A DNA stretch of 64,000 nt from Eledone cirrhosa. Its lineage: Eukaryota. A program made the translations under genes and the position numbers. Each line of letters opens with the position of its first letter. Position 1 is the stretch's first letter. This document shows positions 47,801 to 62,800 of the stretch, piece by piece. The notes beneath the pieces were generated by a model. The model saw only the letters and a list, made by a program, of their open reading frames with translations. It did no database searches and had not been told where the DNA came from. The stretch covers positions 337,280,001 to 337,344,000 of the forward strand of contig OZ024741.1 in NCBI GenBank assembly GCA_964016885.1, given 5' to 3'.

Positions 47801-50800
47801 TACACAGTAATTACTGGAAACTTGTGTTACACAGATAGCATCTTATACACAGTAATTACTGGAAACTTGTGTTACACAGATAGTTTCTTATACACAGTAA
47901 TTACTGGAAACATGTGTTACACAGATAGTTTCAGATACACAGTAATTACTGGAAACTTGTGTTACACAGATAGTTTCTTATACACAGTAATTACTGGAAA
48001 CTTGTGTTACACAGATAGTTTCTTATACACAGTAATTACTGGAAACTTGTGTTACACAGATAGTTTCTTATACACAGTAATTACTGGAAACTTGTGTTAC
48101 ACAGATAGTTTCTTATACACAGTAATTACTGGAAACTTGTGTTACACAGATAGTTTCAGATACACAGTAATCATTGGAACTTGTGTTACACAGATAGTTT
48201 CTTATACACAGTAATTACTGGAGACTTGTGTTACACAGATAGTTTCAGATACACAGTAATTACTGGAAACTTGTGTTACACAGATAGTTTCTTATACACA
48301 GTAATTACTGGAAACTTTTGTTAGACAGATAGTTTCTTATACACAGTATTTAATGGAGACTTGTGTTACACAGATAGTTTCTTATACACAGTAATTACTG
48401 GAAACTTGTGTTACACAGATAGTTTCTTATACACAGTAATTACTGGAGACTTGTGTTACAGAGATAGTTTCTGATACACAGTAATTACTGGAAACTTGTG
48501 TTACACAGATAGTTTCTGATACACAGTAATTACTGGAAACTTGTGTTACACAGATAGTTTCTTATACACAGTAATTACTGGAAACTTGTGTTACACAGAT
48601 AGCATCTTATACACAGTAATTACTGGAAACTTGTGTTACACAGATAGTTTCTTATACACAGTAATTACTGGAAACATGTGTTACACAGATAGTTTCAGAT
48701 ACACAGTAATTACTGGAAACTTGTGTTACACAGATAGTTTCTTATACACAGTAATTACTGGAAACTTGTGTTACACAGATAGTTTCTTATACACAGTAAT
48801 TACTGGAAACTAGTGTTACACAGAGAGTTTCTTATACACAGTATTTACTGGAAACTTGTGTTACACAGATAGTTTCTTATACACAGTAATTATTGTAAAA
48901 TTGTTTTACACAGATAGTTTCTGTGACACAGTAATTACTGGAAACTTGTGTTACACAGATAGTTTCTTTTACACAGTAATTACTGGAAACTTGTGTTACA
49001 CAGATAGTTACTTATACACAGTAATTATTGGAAACTTGTGTTACACAGATAGTTTCTTATACACAGTAATTACTGGAAACTTGTGTTAGACACATAGTTT
49101 CTTATACACAGTAATTACTGGAAACTTGTGTTACACAGATAGTTTCTTATACACAGTAATTACTGGAAACTTGTGTTAGACAGATTGTTTCTTATACACA
49201 GTATTTACTGGAAACTTGTGTTACACAGATAGTTTCTTTTACACAGTAATTACTGTAAACTTGTGTTACACAGATAGTTTCTTATACACAGTAATTACTG
49301 GAAACTTGTGTTACACAGATAGTTTCTTATACACAGTAATTACTGGAAACTTGTGTTACACAGATAGTTTCTTATACACAGTAATTACTGGAAACTTGTG
49401 TTACACAGATAGTTTCTTATACACAGTAATTACTGGAAACTTGTGTTACACAGATAGTTTCTTATACACAGTAATTACTGGAAACTTGTGTTACACAGAT
49501 AGTTTCAGATACACAGTAATCATTGGAACTTGTGTTACACAGATAGTTTCTTATACACAGTAATTACTGGAGACTTGTGTTACACAGATAGTTTCAGATA
49601 CACAGTAATTACTGGAAACTTGTGTTACACAGATAGTTTCTTATACACAGTAATTACTGGAAACTTTTGTTAGACAGATAGTTTCTTATACACAGTATTT
49701 AATGGAGACTTGTGTTACACAGATAGTTTCTTATACACAGTAATTACTGGAAACTTGTGTTACACAGATAGTTTCTTATACACAGTAATTACTGGAGACT
49801 TGTGTTACAGAGATAGTTTCTGATACACAGTAATTACTGGAAACTTGTGTTACACAGATAGTTTCTGATACACAGTAATTACTGGAAACTTGTGTTACAC
49901 AGATAGTTTCTTATACACAGTAATTACTGGAAACTTGTGTTACACAGATAGCATCTTATACACAGTAATTACTGGAAACTTGTGTTACACAGATAGTTTC
50001 TTATACACAGTAATTACTGGAAACATGTGTTACACAGATAGTTTCTTATACACAGTAATTACTGGAAACTAGTGTTACACAGATAGTTTCGTTTACACAG
50101 TAATTACTGGAAACTTGTGTTACACAGATAGTTTCTTATACACAGTAATTACTGGAAACTTGTGTTACACAGATAGCATCTTATACACAGTAATTACTGG
50201 AAACTTGTGTTACACAGATAGTTTCTTATACACAGTAATTACTGGAAACATGTGTTACACAGATAGTTTCTTATACACAGTAATTACTGGAGACTTGTGT
50301 TACACAGATAGTTTCAGATACACAGTAATTACTGGAAACTTGTGTTACACAGATAGTTTCAGATACACAGTAATTACTGGAAACTTGTGTAACACAGATA
50401 GTTTCTTATACACAGTAATTACTGTAAACTTGTGTTACACAGATAGTTTCTTATACACAGTAATTACTGGAAACTTGTGTTACACAGATAGTTTCTTATA
50501 CACAGTAATTACTGGAAACTTGTGTTACACAGATAGTTTCTTATACACAGTAATTACTGTAAACTTGTGTTACACAGATAGTTTCTTTTACACAGTAATT
50601 TTTGGAAACTTGTGTTACGCAGATAGTTTCTTATACACAGTAATTACTGGAGACCTGTGTTACACAGATAGTTTCTGATACACAGTAACTACTTGGAAGT
50701 GGTGTTACACAGATAGTTTCTTATACACAGTAATTACTTGGAAGTGGTGTTACACAGATAGTTTCTTATACACAGTAATTACTTGGAAGTGGTGTTACAC

Positions 50801-53800
50801 AGATAGTTTCTTATACACAGTAACTACTTGGAAGTGGTGTTACACAGATAGTTTCTTATACACAGTAATTACTTGGAAGTGGTGTTACACAGATAGATTC
50901 TTATACACAGTAATTACTTGGAAGTGGTGTTACACAGATAGTTTCTTATACACAGTAATTACTGGAAACTTGTGTTACACAGATAGTTTCTTATACACAG
51001 TAGTTATTGGAACTTGTGTTACGCAGATAGTTTCTTATACACAGTAATTACTGGAAACTTGTGTTACACAGATAGTTTCTCATACACAGTAATTATTGGA
51101 AACTTGTGTTACACAGATAGTTTCTTATACACAGCAATTACTGGAAACTTGTGTTAGACAGATAGATTCTGATACACAGTAATTACTGGAAACTTGTGTT
51201 ACACAGATAGTTTCTCATACACAGTAATTACTGGAAACTTGTGTTACACAGATAGTTTCTTATACACAGTAATTACTGGAAACTTGTGTTACACAGATAG
51301 TTTCTGATACACAGTAATTACTGGAAACTTGTGTTACACAGATAGTTTCTTATACACAGTAATTACTGGAAACTTGTGTTACACAGATAGCATCTTATAC
51401 ACAGTAATTACTGGAAACTTGTGTTACACAGATAGTTTCTTATACACAGTAATTACTGGAAACATGTGTTACACAGATAGTTTCAGATACACAGTAATTA
51501 CTGGAAACTTGTGTTACACAGATAGTTTCTTATACACAGTAATTACTGGAAACTTGTGTTACACAGATAGTTTCTTATACACAGTAATTACTGGAAACTA
51601 GTGTTACACAGAGAGTTTCTTATACACAGTATTTACTGGAAACTTGTGTTACACAGATAGTTTCTTATACACAGTAATTATTGTAAAATTGTTTTACACA
51701 GATAGTTTCTGTGACACAGTAATTACTGGAAACTTGTGTTACACAGATAGTTTCTTTTACACAGTAATTACTGGAAACTTGTGTTACACAGATAGTTACT
51801 TATACACAGTAATTATTGGAAACTTGTGTTACACAGATAGTTTCTTATACACAGTAATTACTGGAAACTTGTGTTAGACACATAGTTTCTTATACACAGT
51901 AATTCCTGGAAACTTGTGTTACACAGATAGTTTCTTATACACAGTAATTACTGGAAACTTGTGTTAGACAGATTGTTTCTTATACACAGTATTTACTGGA
52001 AACTTGTGTTACACAGATAGTTTCTTTTACACAGTAATTACTGTAAACTTGTGTTACACAGATAGTTTCTTATACACAGTAATTACTGGAAACTTGTGTT
52101 ACACAGATAGTTTCTTATACACAGTAATTACTGGAAACTTGTGTTACACAGATAGTTTCTTATACACAGTAATTACTGGAAACTTGTGTTACACAGATAG
52201 TTTCTTATACACAGTAATTACTGGAAACTTGTGTTACACAGATAGTTTCTTATACACAGTAATTACTGGAAACTTGTGTTACACAGATAGTTTCAGATAC
52301 ACAGTAATCATTGGAACTTGTGTTACACAGATAGTTTCTTATACACAGTAATTACTGGAGACTTGTGTTACACAGATAGTTTCAGATACACAGTAATTAC
52401 TGGAAACTTGTGTTACACAGATAGTTTCTTATACACAGTAATTACTGGAAACTTTTGTTAGACAGATAGTTTCTTATACACAGTATTTAATGGAGACTTG
52501 TGTTACACAGATAGTTTCTTATACACAGTAATTACTGGAAACTTGTGTTACACAGATAGTTTCTTATACACAGTAATTACTGGAGACTTGTGTTACAGAG
52601 ATAGTTTCTGATACACAGTAATTACTGGAAACTTGTGTTACACAGATAGTTTCTGATACACAGTAATTACTGGAAACTTGTGTTACACAGATAGTTTCTT
52701 ATACACAGTAATTACTGGAAACTTGTGTTACACAGATAGCATCTTATACACAGTAATTACTGGAAACTTGTGTTACACAGATAGTTTCTTATACACAGTA
52801 ATTACTGGAAACATGTGTTACACAGATAGTTTCAGATACACAGTAATTACTGGAAACTTGTGTTACACAGATAGTTTCTTATACACAGTAATTACTGGAA
52901 ACTTGTGTTACACAGATAGTTTCTTATACACAGTAATTACTGGAAACTAGTGTTACACAGATAGTTTCGTTTACACAGTAATTACTGGAAACTTGTGTTA
53001 CACAGATAGTTTCTTATACACAGTAATTACTGGAAACTTGTGTTACACAGATAGCATCTTATACACAGTAATTACTGGAAACTTGTGTTACACAGATAGT
53101 TTCTTATACACAGTAATTACTGGAAACATGTGTTACACAGATAGTTTCTTATACACAGTAATTACTGGAGACTTGTGTTACACAGATAGTTTCAGATACA
53201 CAGTAATTACTGGAAACTTGTGTTACACAGATAGTTTCAGATACACAGTAATTACTGGAAACTTGTGTAACACAGATAGTTTCTTATACACAGTAATTAC
53301 TGTAAACTTGTGTTACACAGATAGTTTCTTATACACAGTAATTACTGGAAACTTGTGTTACACAGATAGTTTCTTATACACAGTAATTACTGGAAACTTG
53401 TGTTACACAGATAGTTTCTTATACACAGTAATTACTGTAAACTTGTGTTACACAGATAGTTTCTTTTACACAGTAATTTTTGGAAACTTGTGTTACGCAG
53501 ATAGTTTCTTATACACAGTAATTACTGGAGACCTGTGTTACACAGATAGTTTCTGATACACAGTAACTACTTGGAAGTGGTGTTACACAGATAGTTTCTT
53601 ATACACAGTAATTACTTGGAAGTGGTGTTACACAGATAGTTTCTTATACACAGTAATTACTTGGAAGTGGTGTTACACAGATAGTTTCTTATACACAGTA
53701 ACTACTTGGAAGTGGTGTTACACAGATAGTTTCTTATACACAGTAATTACTTGGAAGTGGTGTTACACAGATAGTTTCTTATACACAGTAATTACTTGGA

Positions 53801-56800
53801 AGTGGTGTTACACAGATAGTTTCTTATACACAGTAATTACTGGAAACTTGTGTTACACAGATAGTTTCTTATACACAGTAGTTATTGGAACTTGTGTTAC
53901 GCAGATAGTTTCTTATACACAGTAATTACTGGAAACTTGTGTTACACAGATAGTTTCTCATACACAGTAATTATTGGAAACTTGTGTTACACAGATAGTT
54001 TCTTATACACAGCAATTACTGGAAACTTGTGTTAGACAGATAGATTCTGATACACAGTAATTACTGGAAACTTGTGTTACACAGATAGTTTCTCATACAC
54101 AGTAATTACTGGAAACTTGTGTTACACAGATAGTTTCTTATACACAGTAATTACTGGAAACTTGTGTTACACAGATAGTTTCTTATACACAGTAATTACT
54201 GGAAACTTGTGTTAGACAGATTGTTTCTTATACACAGTATTTACTGGAAACTTGTGTTACACAGATAGTTTCTTTTACACAGTAATTACTGTAAACTTGT
54301 GTTACACAGATAGTTTCTTATACACAGTAATTACTGGAAACTTGTGTTACACAGATAGTTTCTTATACACAGTAATTACTGGAAACTTGTGTTACACAGA
54401 TAGTTTCTTATACACAGTAATTACTGGAAACTTGTGTTACACAGATAGTTTCTTATACACAGTAATTACTGGAAACTTGTGTTACACAGATAGTTTCTTA
54501 TACACAGTAATTACTGGAAACTTGTGTTACACAGATAGTTTCAGATACACAGTAATCATTGGAACTTGTGTTACACAGATAGTTTCTTATACACAGTAAT
54601 TACTGGAGACTTGTGTTACACAGATAGTTTCAGATACACAGTAATTACTGGAAACTTGTGTTACACAGATAGTTTCTTATACACAGTAATTACTGGAAAC
54701 TTTTGTTAGACAGATAGTTTCTTATACACAGTATTTAATGGAGACTTGTGTTACACAGATAGTTTCTTATACACAGTAATTACTGGAAACTTGTGTTACA
54801 CAGATAGTTTCTTATACACAGTAATTACTGGAGACTTGTGTTACAGAGATAGTTTCTGATACACAGTAATTACTGGAAACTTGTGTTACACAGATAGTTT
54901 CTGATACACAGTAATTACTGGAAACTTGTGTTACACAGATAGTTTCTTATACACAGTAATTACTGGAAACTTGTGTTACACAGATAGCATCTTATACACA
55001 GTAATTACTGGAAACTTGTGTTACACAGATAGTTTCTTATACACAGTAATTACTGGAAACATGTGTTACACAGATAGTTTCAGATACACAGTAATTACTG
55101 GAAACTTGTGTTACACAGATAGTTTCTTATACACAGTAATTACTGGAAACTTGTGTTACACAGATAGTTTCTTATACACAGTAATTACTGGAAACTAGTG
55201 TTACACAGATAGTTTCGTTTACACAGTAATTACTGGAAACTTGTGTTACACAGATAGTTTCTTATACACAGTAATTACTGGAAACTTGTGTTACACAGAT
55301 AGCATCTCATACACAGTAATTACTGGAAACTTGTGTTACACAGATAGTTTCTTATACACAGTAATTACTGGAAACATGTGTTACACAGATAGTTTCTTAT
55401 ACACAGTAATTACTGGAGACTTGTGTTACACAGATAGTTTCAGATACACAGTAATTACTGGAAACTTGTGTTACACAGATAGTTTCAGATACACAGTAAT
55501 TACTGGAAACTTGTGTAACACAGATAGTTTCTTATACACAGTAATTACTGTAAACTTGTGTTACACAGATAGTTTCTTATACACAGTAATTACTGGAAAC
55601 TTGTGTTACACAGATAGTTTCTTATACACAGTAATTACTGGAAACTTGTGTTACACAGATAGTTTCTTATACACAGTAATTACTGTAAACTTGTGTTACA
55701 CAGATAGTTTCTTTTACACAGTAATTTTTGGAAACTTGTGTTACGCAGATAGTTTCTTATACACAGTAATTACTGGAGACCTGTGTTACACAGATAGTTT
55801 CTGATACACAGTAACTACTTGGAAGTGGTGTTACACAGATAGTTTCTTATACACAGTAATTACTTGGAAGTGGTGTTACACAGATAGTTTCTTATACACA
55901 GTAATTACTTGGAAGTGGTGTTACACAGATAGTTTCTTATACACAGTAACTACTTGGAAGTGGTGTTACACAGATAGTTTCTTATACACAGTAATTACTT
56001 GGAAGTGGTGTTACACAGATAGTTTCTTATACACAGTAATTACTTGGAAGTGGTGTTACACAGATAGTTTCTTATACACAGTAATTACTGGAAACTTGTG
56101 TTACACAGATAGTTTCTTATACACAGTAGTTATTGGAACTTGTGTTACGCAGATAGTTTCTTATACACAGTAATTACTGGAAACTTGTGTTACACAGATA
56201 GTTTCTCATACACAGTAATTATTGGAAACTTGTGTTACACAGATAGTTTCTTATACACAGCAATTACTGGAAACTTGTGTTAGACAGATAGATTCTGATA
56301 CACAGTAATTACTGGAAACTTGTGTTACACAGATAGTTTCTCATACACAGTAATTACTGGAAACTTGTGTTACACAGATAGTTTCTTATACACAGTAATT
56401 ACTGGAAACTTGTGTTACACAGATAGTTTCTGATACACAGTAATTACTGGAAACTTGTGTTACACAGATAGATTCTGATACACAGTAATTACTGGAAACT
56501 TGTGTTACACAGATAGTTTCTCATACACAGTAATTACTGGAAACTTGTGTTACACAGATAGTTTCTTATACACAGTAATTACTGGAAACTTGTGTTACAC
56601 AGATAGTTTCTGATACACAGTAATTACTGGAAACTTGTGTTAGACAGATAGTTTATTATACACAGTAATTACTGGAGACTTGTGTTACACAGATAGTTTC
56701 TGATACACAGTAATTATTGGAAACGTGTGTTACACAGATAGATTCTGATACACAGTAATTATTGGAAACTTGTGTTACATAGATAGTTTCTTATACACAG

Positions 56801-59800
56801 TAATTACTGGAAACTTGTGTTACACAGATAGTTTCTTATACACAGTAATTACTGGAGACTTGTGTCAGACAGATAGTTTCTTGTACACAGTAATTACTGG
56901 AAACTTGTGTTACACAGATAGTTTCTGATAAACAGTAATTACTGGAAACTTGTGTTACACAGATAGTTTCTTATACACAGTAATTACTGGAAACTTGTGT
57001 TACACAGATAGTTTCTTATACACAGTAATTACTGGAAACTTGTGTTACACAGATAGTTTCTTATACACAGTAATTACTGTAAACTTGTGTTACACAGATA
57101 GTTTCTTATACACAGTAATTACTGGAAACTTGTGTTACACAGATAGTTTCTGATACACAGTAATTACTGGAAACTTCTGTTACATAGATAGTTTCTTATA
57201 CACAGTAATTACTTGGAAGTGGTGTTACACAGATAGTTTCTGATACACAGTAATTACTGGAAACTTGTGTTACACAGATAGTTTCTTATACACAGTAATT
57301 ATTGGAAACTTGTGTTACACAGATAGTTTCTTATACACAGTAATTACTGGAAACTTGTGTTACACAGATAGTTTCTGATACACAGTAATTACTGGAAACT
57401 TGTGTTACACAGATAGTTTCTTATACACAGTAATTATTGGAAACTTGTGTTACACAGATAGTTTCTTATACACAGTAATTACTGGAAACTTGTGTTACAC
57501 AGATAGTTTCTTTTACACAGTAATTACTGGAAACTTGTGTTACACAGATAGTTTCAGATACACAGTAATTACTGGAAACTTGTGTTACACAGATAGTTTC
57601 TTTTACACAGTAATTACTGGAAACCTGTGTTACACAGATAGTTTCTTTTACACAGTAATTACTGGAAACTTGTGTTACACAGATAGTTTCTTATACACAG
57701 TAATTACTGGAAACTTGTGTTACACAGATAGTTTCTTATACACAGTAATTACTGGAAACTTGTGTTACACAGATAGTTTCTTTTACACAGTAATTACTGG
57801 AAACTTGTGTTACACAGATAGTTTCTTTTACACAGTAATTACTGGAAACTTGTGTTACACAGATAGTTTCTTATACACAGTAATTACTGGAAACTTGTGT
57901 TACACAGATAGTTTCTTATACACAGTAATTACTGGAAACTTGTGTTACACAGATAGTTTCTTATACACAGTAATTACTGTAAACTTGTGTTACACAGATA
58001 GTTTCTTATACACAGTAATTACTGGAAACTTGTGTTACACAGATAGTTTCTGATACACAGTAATTACTGGAAACTTCTGTTACATAGATAGTTTCTTATA
58101 CACAGTAATTACTTGGAAGTGGTGTTACACAGATAGTTTCTGATACACAGTAATTACTGGAAACTTGTGTTACACAGATAGTTTCTTATACACAGTAATT
58201 ATTGGAAACTTGTGTTACACAGATAGTTTCTTATACACAGTAATTACTGGAAACTTGTGTTACACAGATAGTTTCTTATACACAGTAATTACTGGAAACT
58301 TGTGTTACACAGATAGTTTCTGATACACAGTAATTACTGGAAACTTGTGTTACACAGATAGTTTCTTATACACAGTAATTATTGGAAACTTGTGTTACAC
58401 AGATAGTTTCTTATACACAGTAATTACTGGAAACTTGTGTTACACAGATAGTTTCTTTTACACAGTAATTACTGGAAACTTGTGTTACACAGATAGTTTC
58501 AGATACACAGTAATTACTGGAAACTTGTGTTACACAGATAGTTTCTTTTACACAGTAATTACTGGAAACCTGTGTTACACAGATAGTTTCTTTTACACAG
58601 TAATTACTGGAAACTTGTGTTACACAGATAGTTTCTTATACACAGTAATTACTGGAAACTTGTGTTACACAGATAGTTTCTTATACACAGTAATTACTGG
58701 AAACTTGTGTTACACAGATAGTTTCTTTTACACAGTAATTACTGGAAACTTGTGTTACACAGATAGTTTCTTTTACACAGTAATTACTGGAAACTTGTGT
58801 TACACAGATAGTTTCTTATACACAGTAATTACTGGAAACTTGTGTTACACAGATAGTTTCTTTTACACAGTAATTACTGGAAACTTGTGTTACACAGATA
58901 GTTTCTTTTACACAGTAATTACTGGAAACTTGTGTTACACAGATAGTTTCTTTTACACAGTAATTACTGGAAACTTGTGTTACACAGATAGTTTCTTTTA
59001 CACAGTAATTACTGGAAACCTGTGTTACACAGATAGTTTCTGATACACAGTAATTACTGGAAACTTGTGTTACACAGATAGTTTCTTTTACACAGTAATT
59101 ACTGGAGACTAGTGTTACACAGATAGTTTCGTTTACACAGTAATTACTGGAAACTTGTGTTACACAGATAGTTTCTGATACACAGTAATTACTGGAAACT
59201 TGTGTTACACAGATAGCATCTTATACACAGTAATTACTGGAAACTTGTGTTACACAGATAGTTTCTGATACACAGTAATTACTGGAAACTTAAGTTACAC
59301 AGATAGTTTCTTATACACAGTAATTACTGGAGACTTGTGTTACACAGATAGTTTCAGATACACAGTAATTACTGGAAACTTGTGTTACACAGATAGTTTC
59401 TCATACACAGTAATTATTGGAAACTTGTGTTACACAGATAGTTTCTTATACACAGCAATTACTGGAAACTTGTGTTAGACAGATAGATTCTGATACACAG
59501 TAATTACTGGAAACTTGTGTTACACAGATAGTTTCTCATACACAGTAATTACTGGAAACTTGTGTTACACAGATAGTTTCTTATACACAGTAATTACTGG
59601 AAACTTGTGTTACACAGATAGTTTCTGATACACAGTAATTACTGGAAACTTGTGTTACACAGATAGATTCTGATACACAGTAATTACTGGAAACTTGTGT
59701 TACACAGATAGTTTCTCATACACAGTAATTACTGGAAACTTGTGTTACACAGATAGTTTCTTATACACAGTAATTACTGGAAACTTGTGTTACACAGATA

Positions 59801-62800
59801 GTTTCTGATACACAGTAATTACTGGAAACTTGTGTTAGACAGATAGTTTATTATACACAGTAATTACTGGAGACTTGTGTTACACAGATAGTTTCTGATA
59901 CACAGTAATTATTGGAAACGTGTGTTACACAGATAGATTCTGATACACAGTAATTATTGGAAACTTGTGTTACATAGATAGTTTCTTATACACAGTAATT
60001 ACTGGAAACTTGTGTTACAGAGATAGTTTCTTATACACAGTAATTACTGGAAACTTGTGTTACACAGATAGTTTCTTATACACAGTAATTACTGGAGACT
60101 TGTGTCAGACAGATAGTTTCTTGTACACAGTAATTACTGGAAACTTGTGTTACACAGATAGTTTCTGATAAACAGTAATTACTGGAAACTTGTGTTACAC
60201 AGATAGTTTCTTATACACAGTAATTACTGGAAACTTGTGTTACACAGATAGTTTCTTATACACAGTAATTACTGGAAACTTGTGTTACACAGATAGTTTC
60301 TTATACACAGTAATTACTGTAAACTTGTGTTACACAGATAGTTTCTTATACACAGTAATTACTGGAAACTTGTGTTACACAGATAGTTTCTGATACACAG
60401 TAATTACTGGAAACTTCTGTTACATAGATAGTTTCTTATACACAGTAATTACTTGGAAGTGGTGTTACACAGATAGTTTCTGATACACAGTAATTACTGG
60501 AAACTTGTGTTACACAGATAGTTTCTTATACACAGTAATTATTGGAAACTTGTGTTACACAGATAGTTTCTTATACACAGTAATTACTGGAAACTTGTGT
60601 TACACAGATAGTTTCTTATACACAGTAATTACTGGAAACTTGTGTTACACAGATAGTTTCTGATACACAGTAATTACTGGAAACTTGTGTTACACAGATA
60701 GTTTCTTATACACAGTAATTATTGGAAACTTGTGTTACACAGATAGTTTCTTATACACAGTAATTACTGGAAACTTGTGTTACACAGATAGTTTCTTTTA
60801 CACAGTAATTACTGGAAACTTGTGTTACACAGATAGTTTCAGATACACAGTAATTACTGGAAACTTGTGTTACACAGATAGTTTCTTTTACACAGTAATT
60901 ACTGGAAACCTGTGTTACACAGATAGTTTCTTTTACACAGTAATTACTGGAAACTTGTGTTACACAGATAGTTTCTTATACACAGTAATTACTGGAAACT
61001 TGTGTTACACAGATAGTTTCTTATACACAGTAATTACTGGAAACTTGTGTTACACAGATAGTTTCTTTTACACAGTAATTACTGGAAACTTGTGTTACAC
61101 AGATAGTTTCTTTTACACAGTAATTACTGGAAACTTGTGTTACACAGATAGTTTCTTATACACAGTAATTACTGGAAACTTGTGTTACACAGATAGTTTC
61201 TTATACACAGTAATTACTGGAAACTTGTGTTACACAGATAGTTTCTTATACACAGTAATTACTGTAAACTTGTGTTACACAGATAGTTTCTTATACACAG
61301 TAATTACTGGAAACTTGTGTTACACAGATAGTTTCTGATACACAGTAATTACTGGAAACTTCTGTTACATAGATAGTTTCTTATACACAGTAATTACTTG
61401 GAAGTGGTGTTACACAGATAGTTTCTGATACACAGTAATTACTGGAAACTTGTGTTACACAGATAGTTTCTTATACACAGTAATTATTGGAAACTTGTGT
61501 TACACAGATAGTTTCTTATACACAGTAATTACTGGAAACTTGTGTTACACAGATAGTTTCTTATACACAGTAATTACTGGAAACTTGTGTTACACAGATA
61601 GTTTCTGATACACAGTAATTACTGGAAACTTGTGTTACACAGATAGTTTCTTATACACAGTAATTATTGGAAACTTGTGTTACACAGATAGTTTCTTATA
61701 CACAGTAATTACTGGAAACTTGTGTTACACAGATAGTTTCTTTTACACAGTAATTACTGGAAACTTGTGTTACACAGATAGTTTCAGATACACAGTAATT
61801 ACTGGAAACTTGTGTTACACAGATAGTTTCTTTTACACAGTAATTACTGGAAACCTGTGTTACACAGATAGTTTCTTTTACACAGTAATTACTGGAAACT
61901 TGTGTTACACAGATAGTTTCTTATACACAGTAATTACTGGAAACTTGTGTTACACAGATAGTTTCTTATACACAGTAATTACTGGAAACTTGTGTTACAC
62001 AGATAGTTTCTTTTACACAGTAATTACTGGAAACTTGTGTTACACAGATAGTTTCTTTTACACAGTAATTACTGGAAACTTGTGTTACACAGATAGTTTC
62101 TTATACACAGTAATTACTGGAAACTTGTGTTACACAGATAGTTTCTTTTACACAGTAATTACTGGAAACTTGTGTTACACAGATAGTTTCTTTTACACAG
62201 TAATTACTGGAAACTTGTGTTACACAGATAGTTTCTTTTACACAGTAATTACTGGAAACTTGTGTTACACAGATAGTTTCTTTTACACAGTAATTACTGG
62301 AAACCTGTGTTACACAGATAGTTTCTGATACACAGTAATTACTGGAAACTTGTGTTACACAGATAGTTTCTTTTACACAGTAATTACTGGAGACTAGTGT
62401 TACACAGATAGTTTCGTTTACACAGTAATTACTGGAAACTTGTGTTACACAGATAGTTTCTGATACACAGTAATTACTGGAAACTTGTGTTACACAGATA
62501 GCATCTTATACACAGTAATTACTGGAAACTTGTGTTACACAGATAGTTTCTTATACACAGTAATTACTGGAAACATGTGTTACACAGATAGTTTCTTATA
62601 CACAGTAATTACTTGGAAGTGGTGTTACACAGATAGTTTCTGATACACAGTAATTACTGGAAACTTAAGTTACACAGATAGTTTCTTATACACAGTAATT
62701 ACTGGAGACTTGTGTTACACAGATAGTTTCAGATACACAGTAATTACTGGAAACTTGTGTTACACAGATAGTTACTTATACACAGTAATTACTGGAAACT

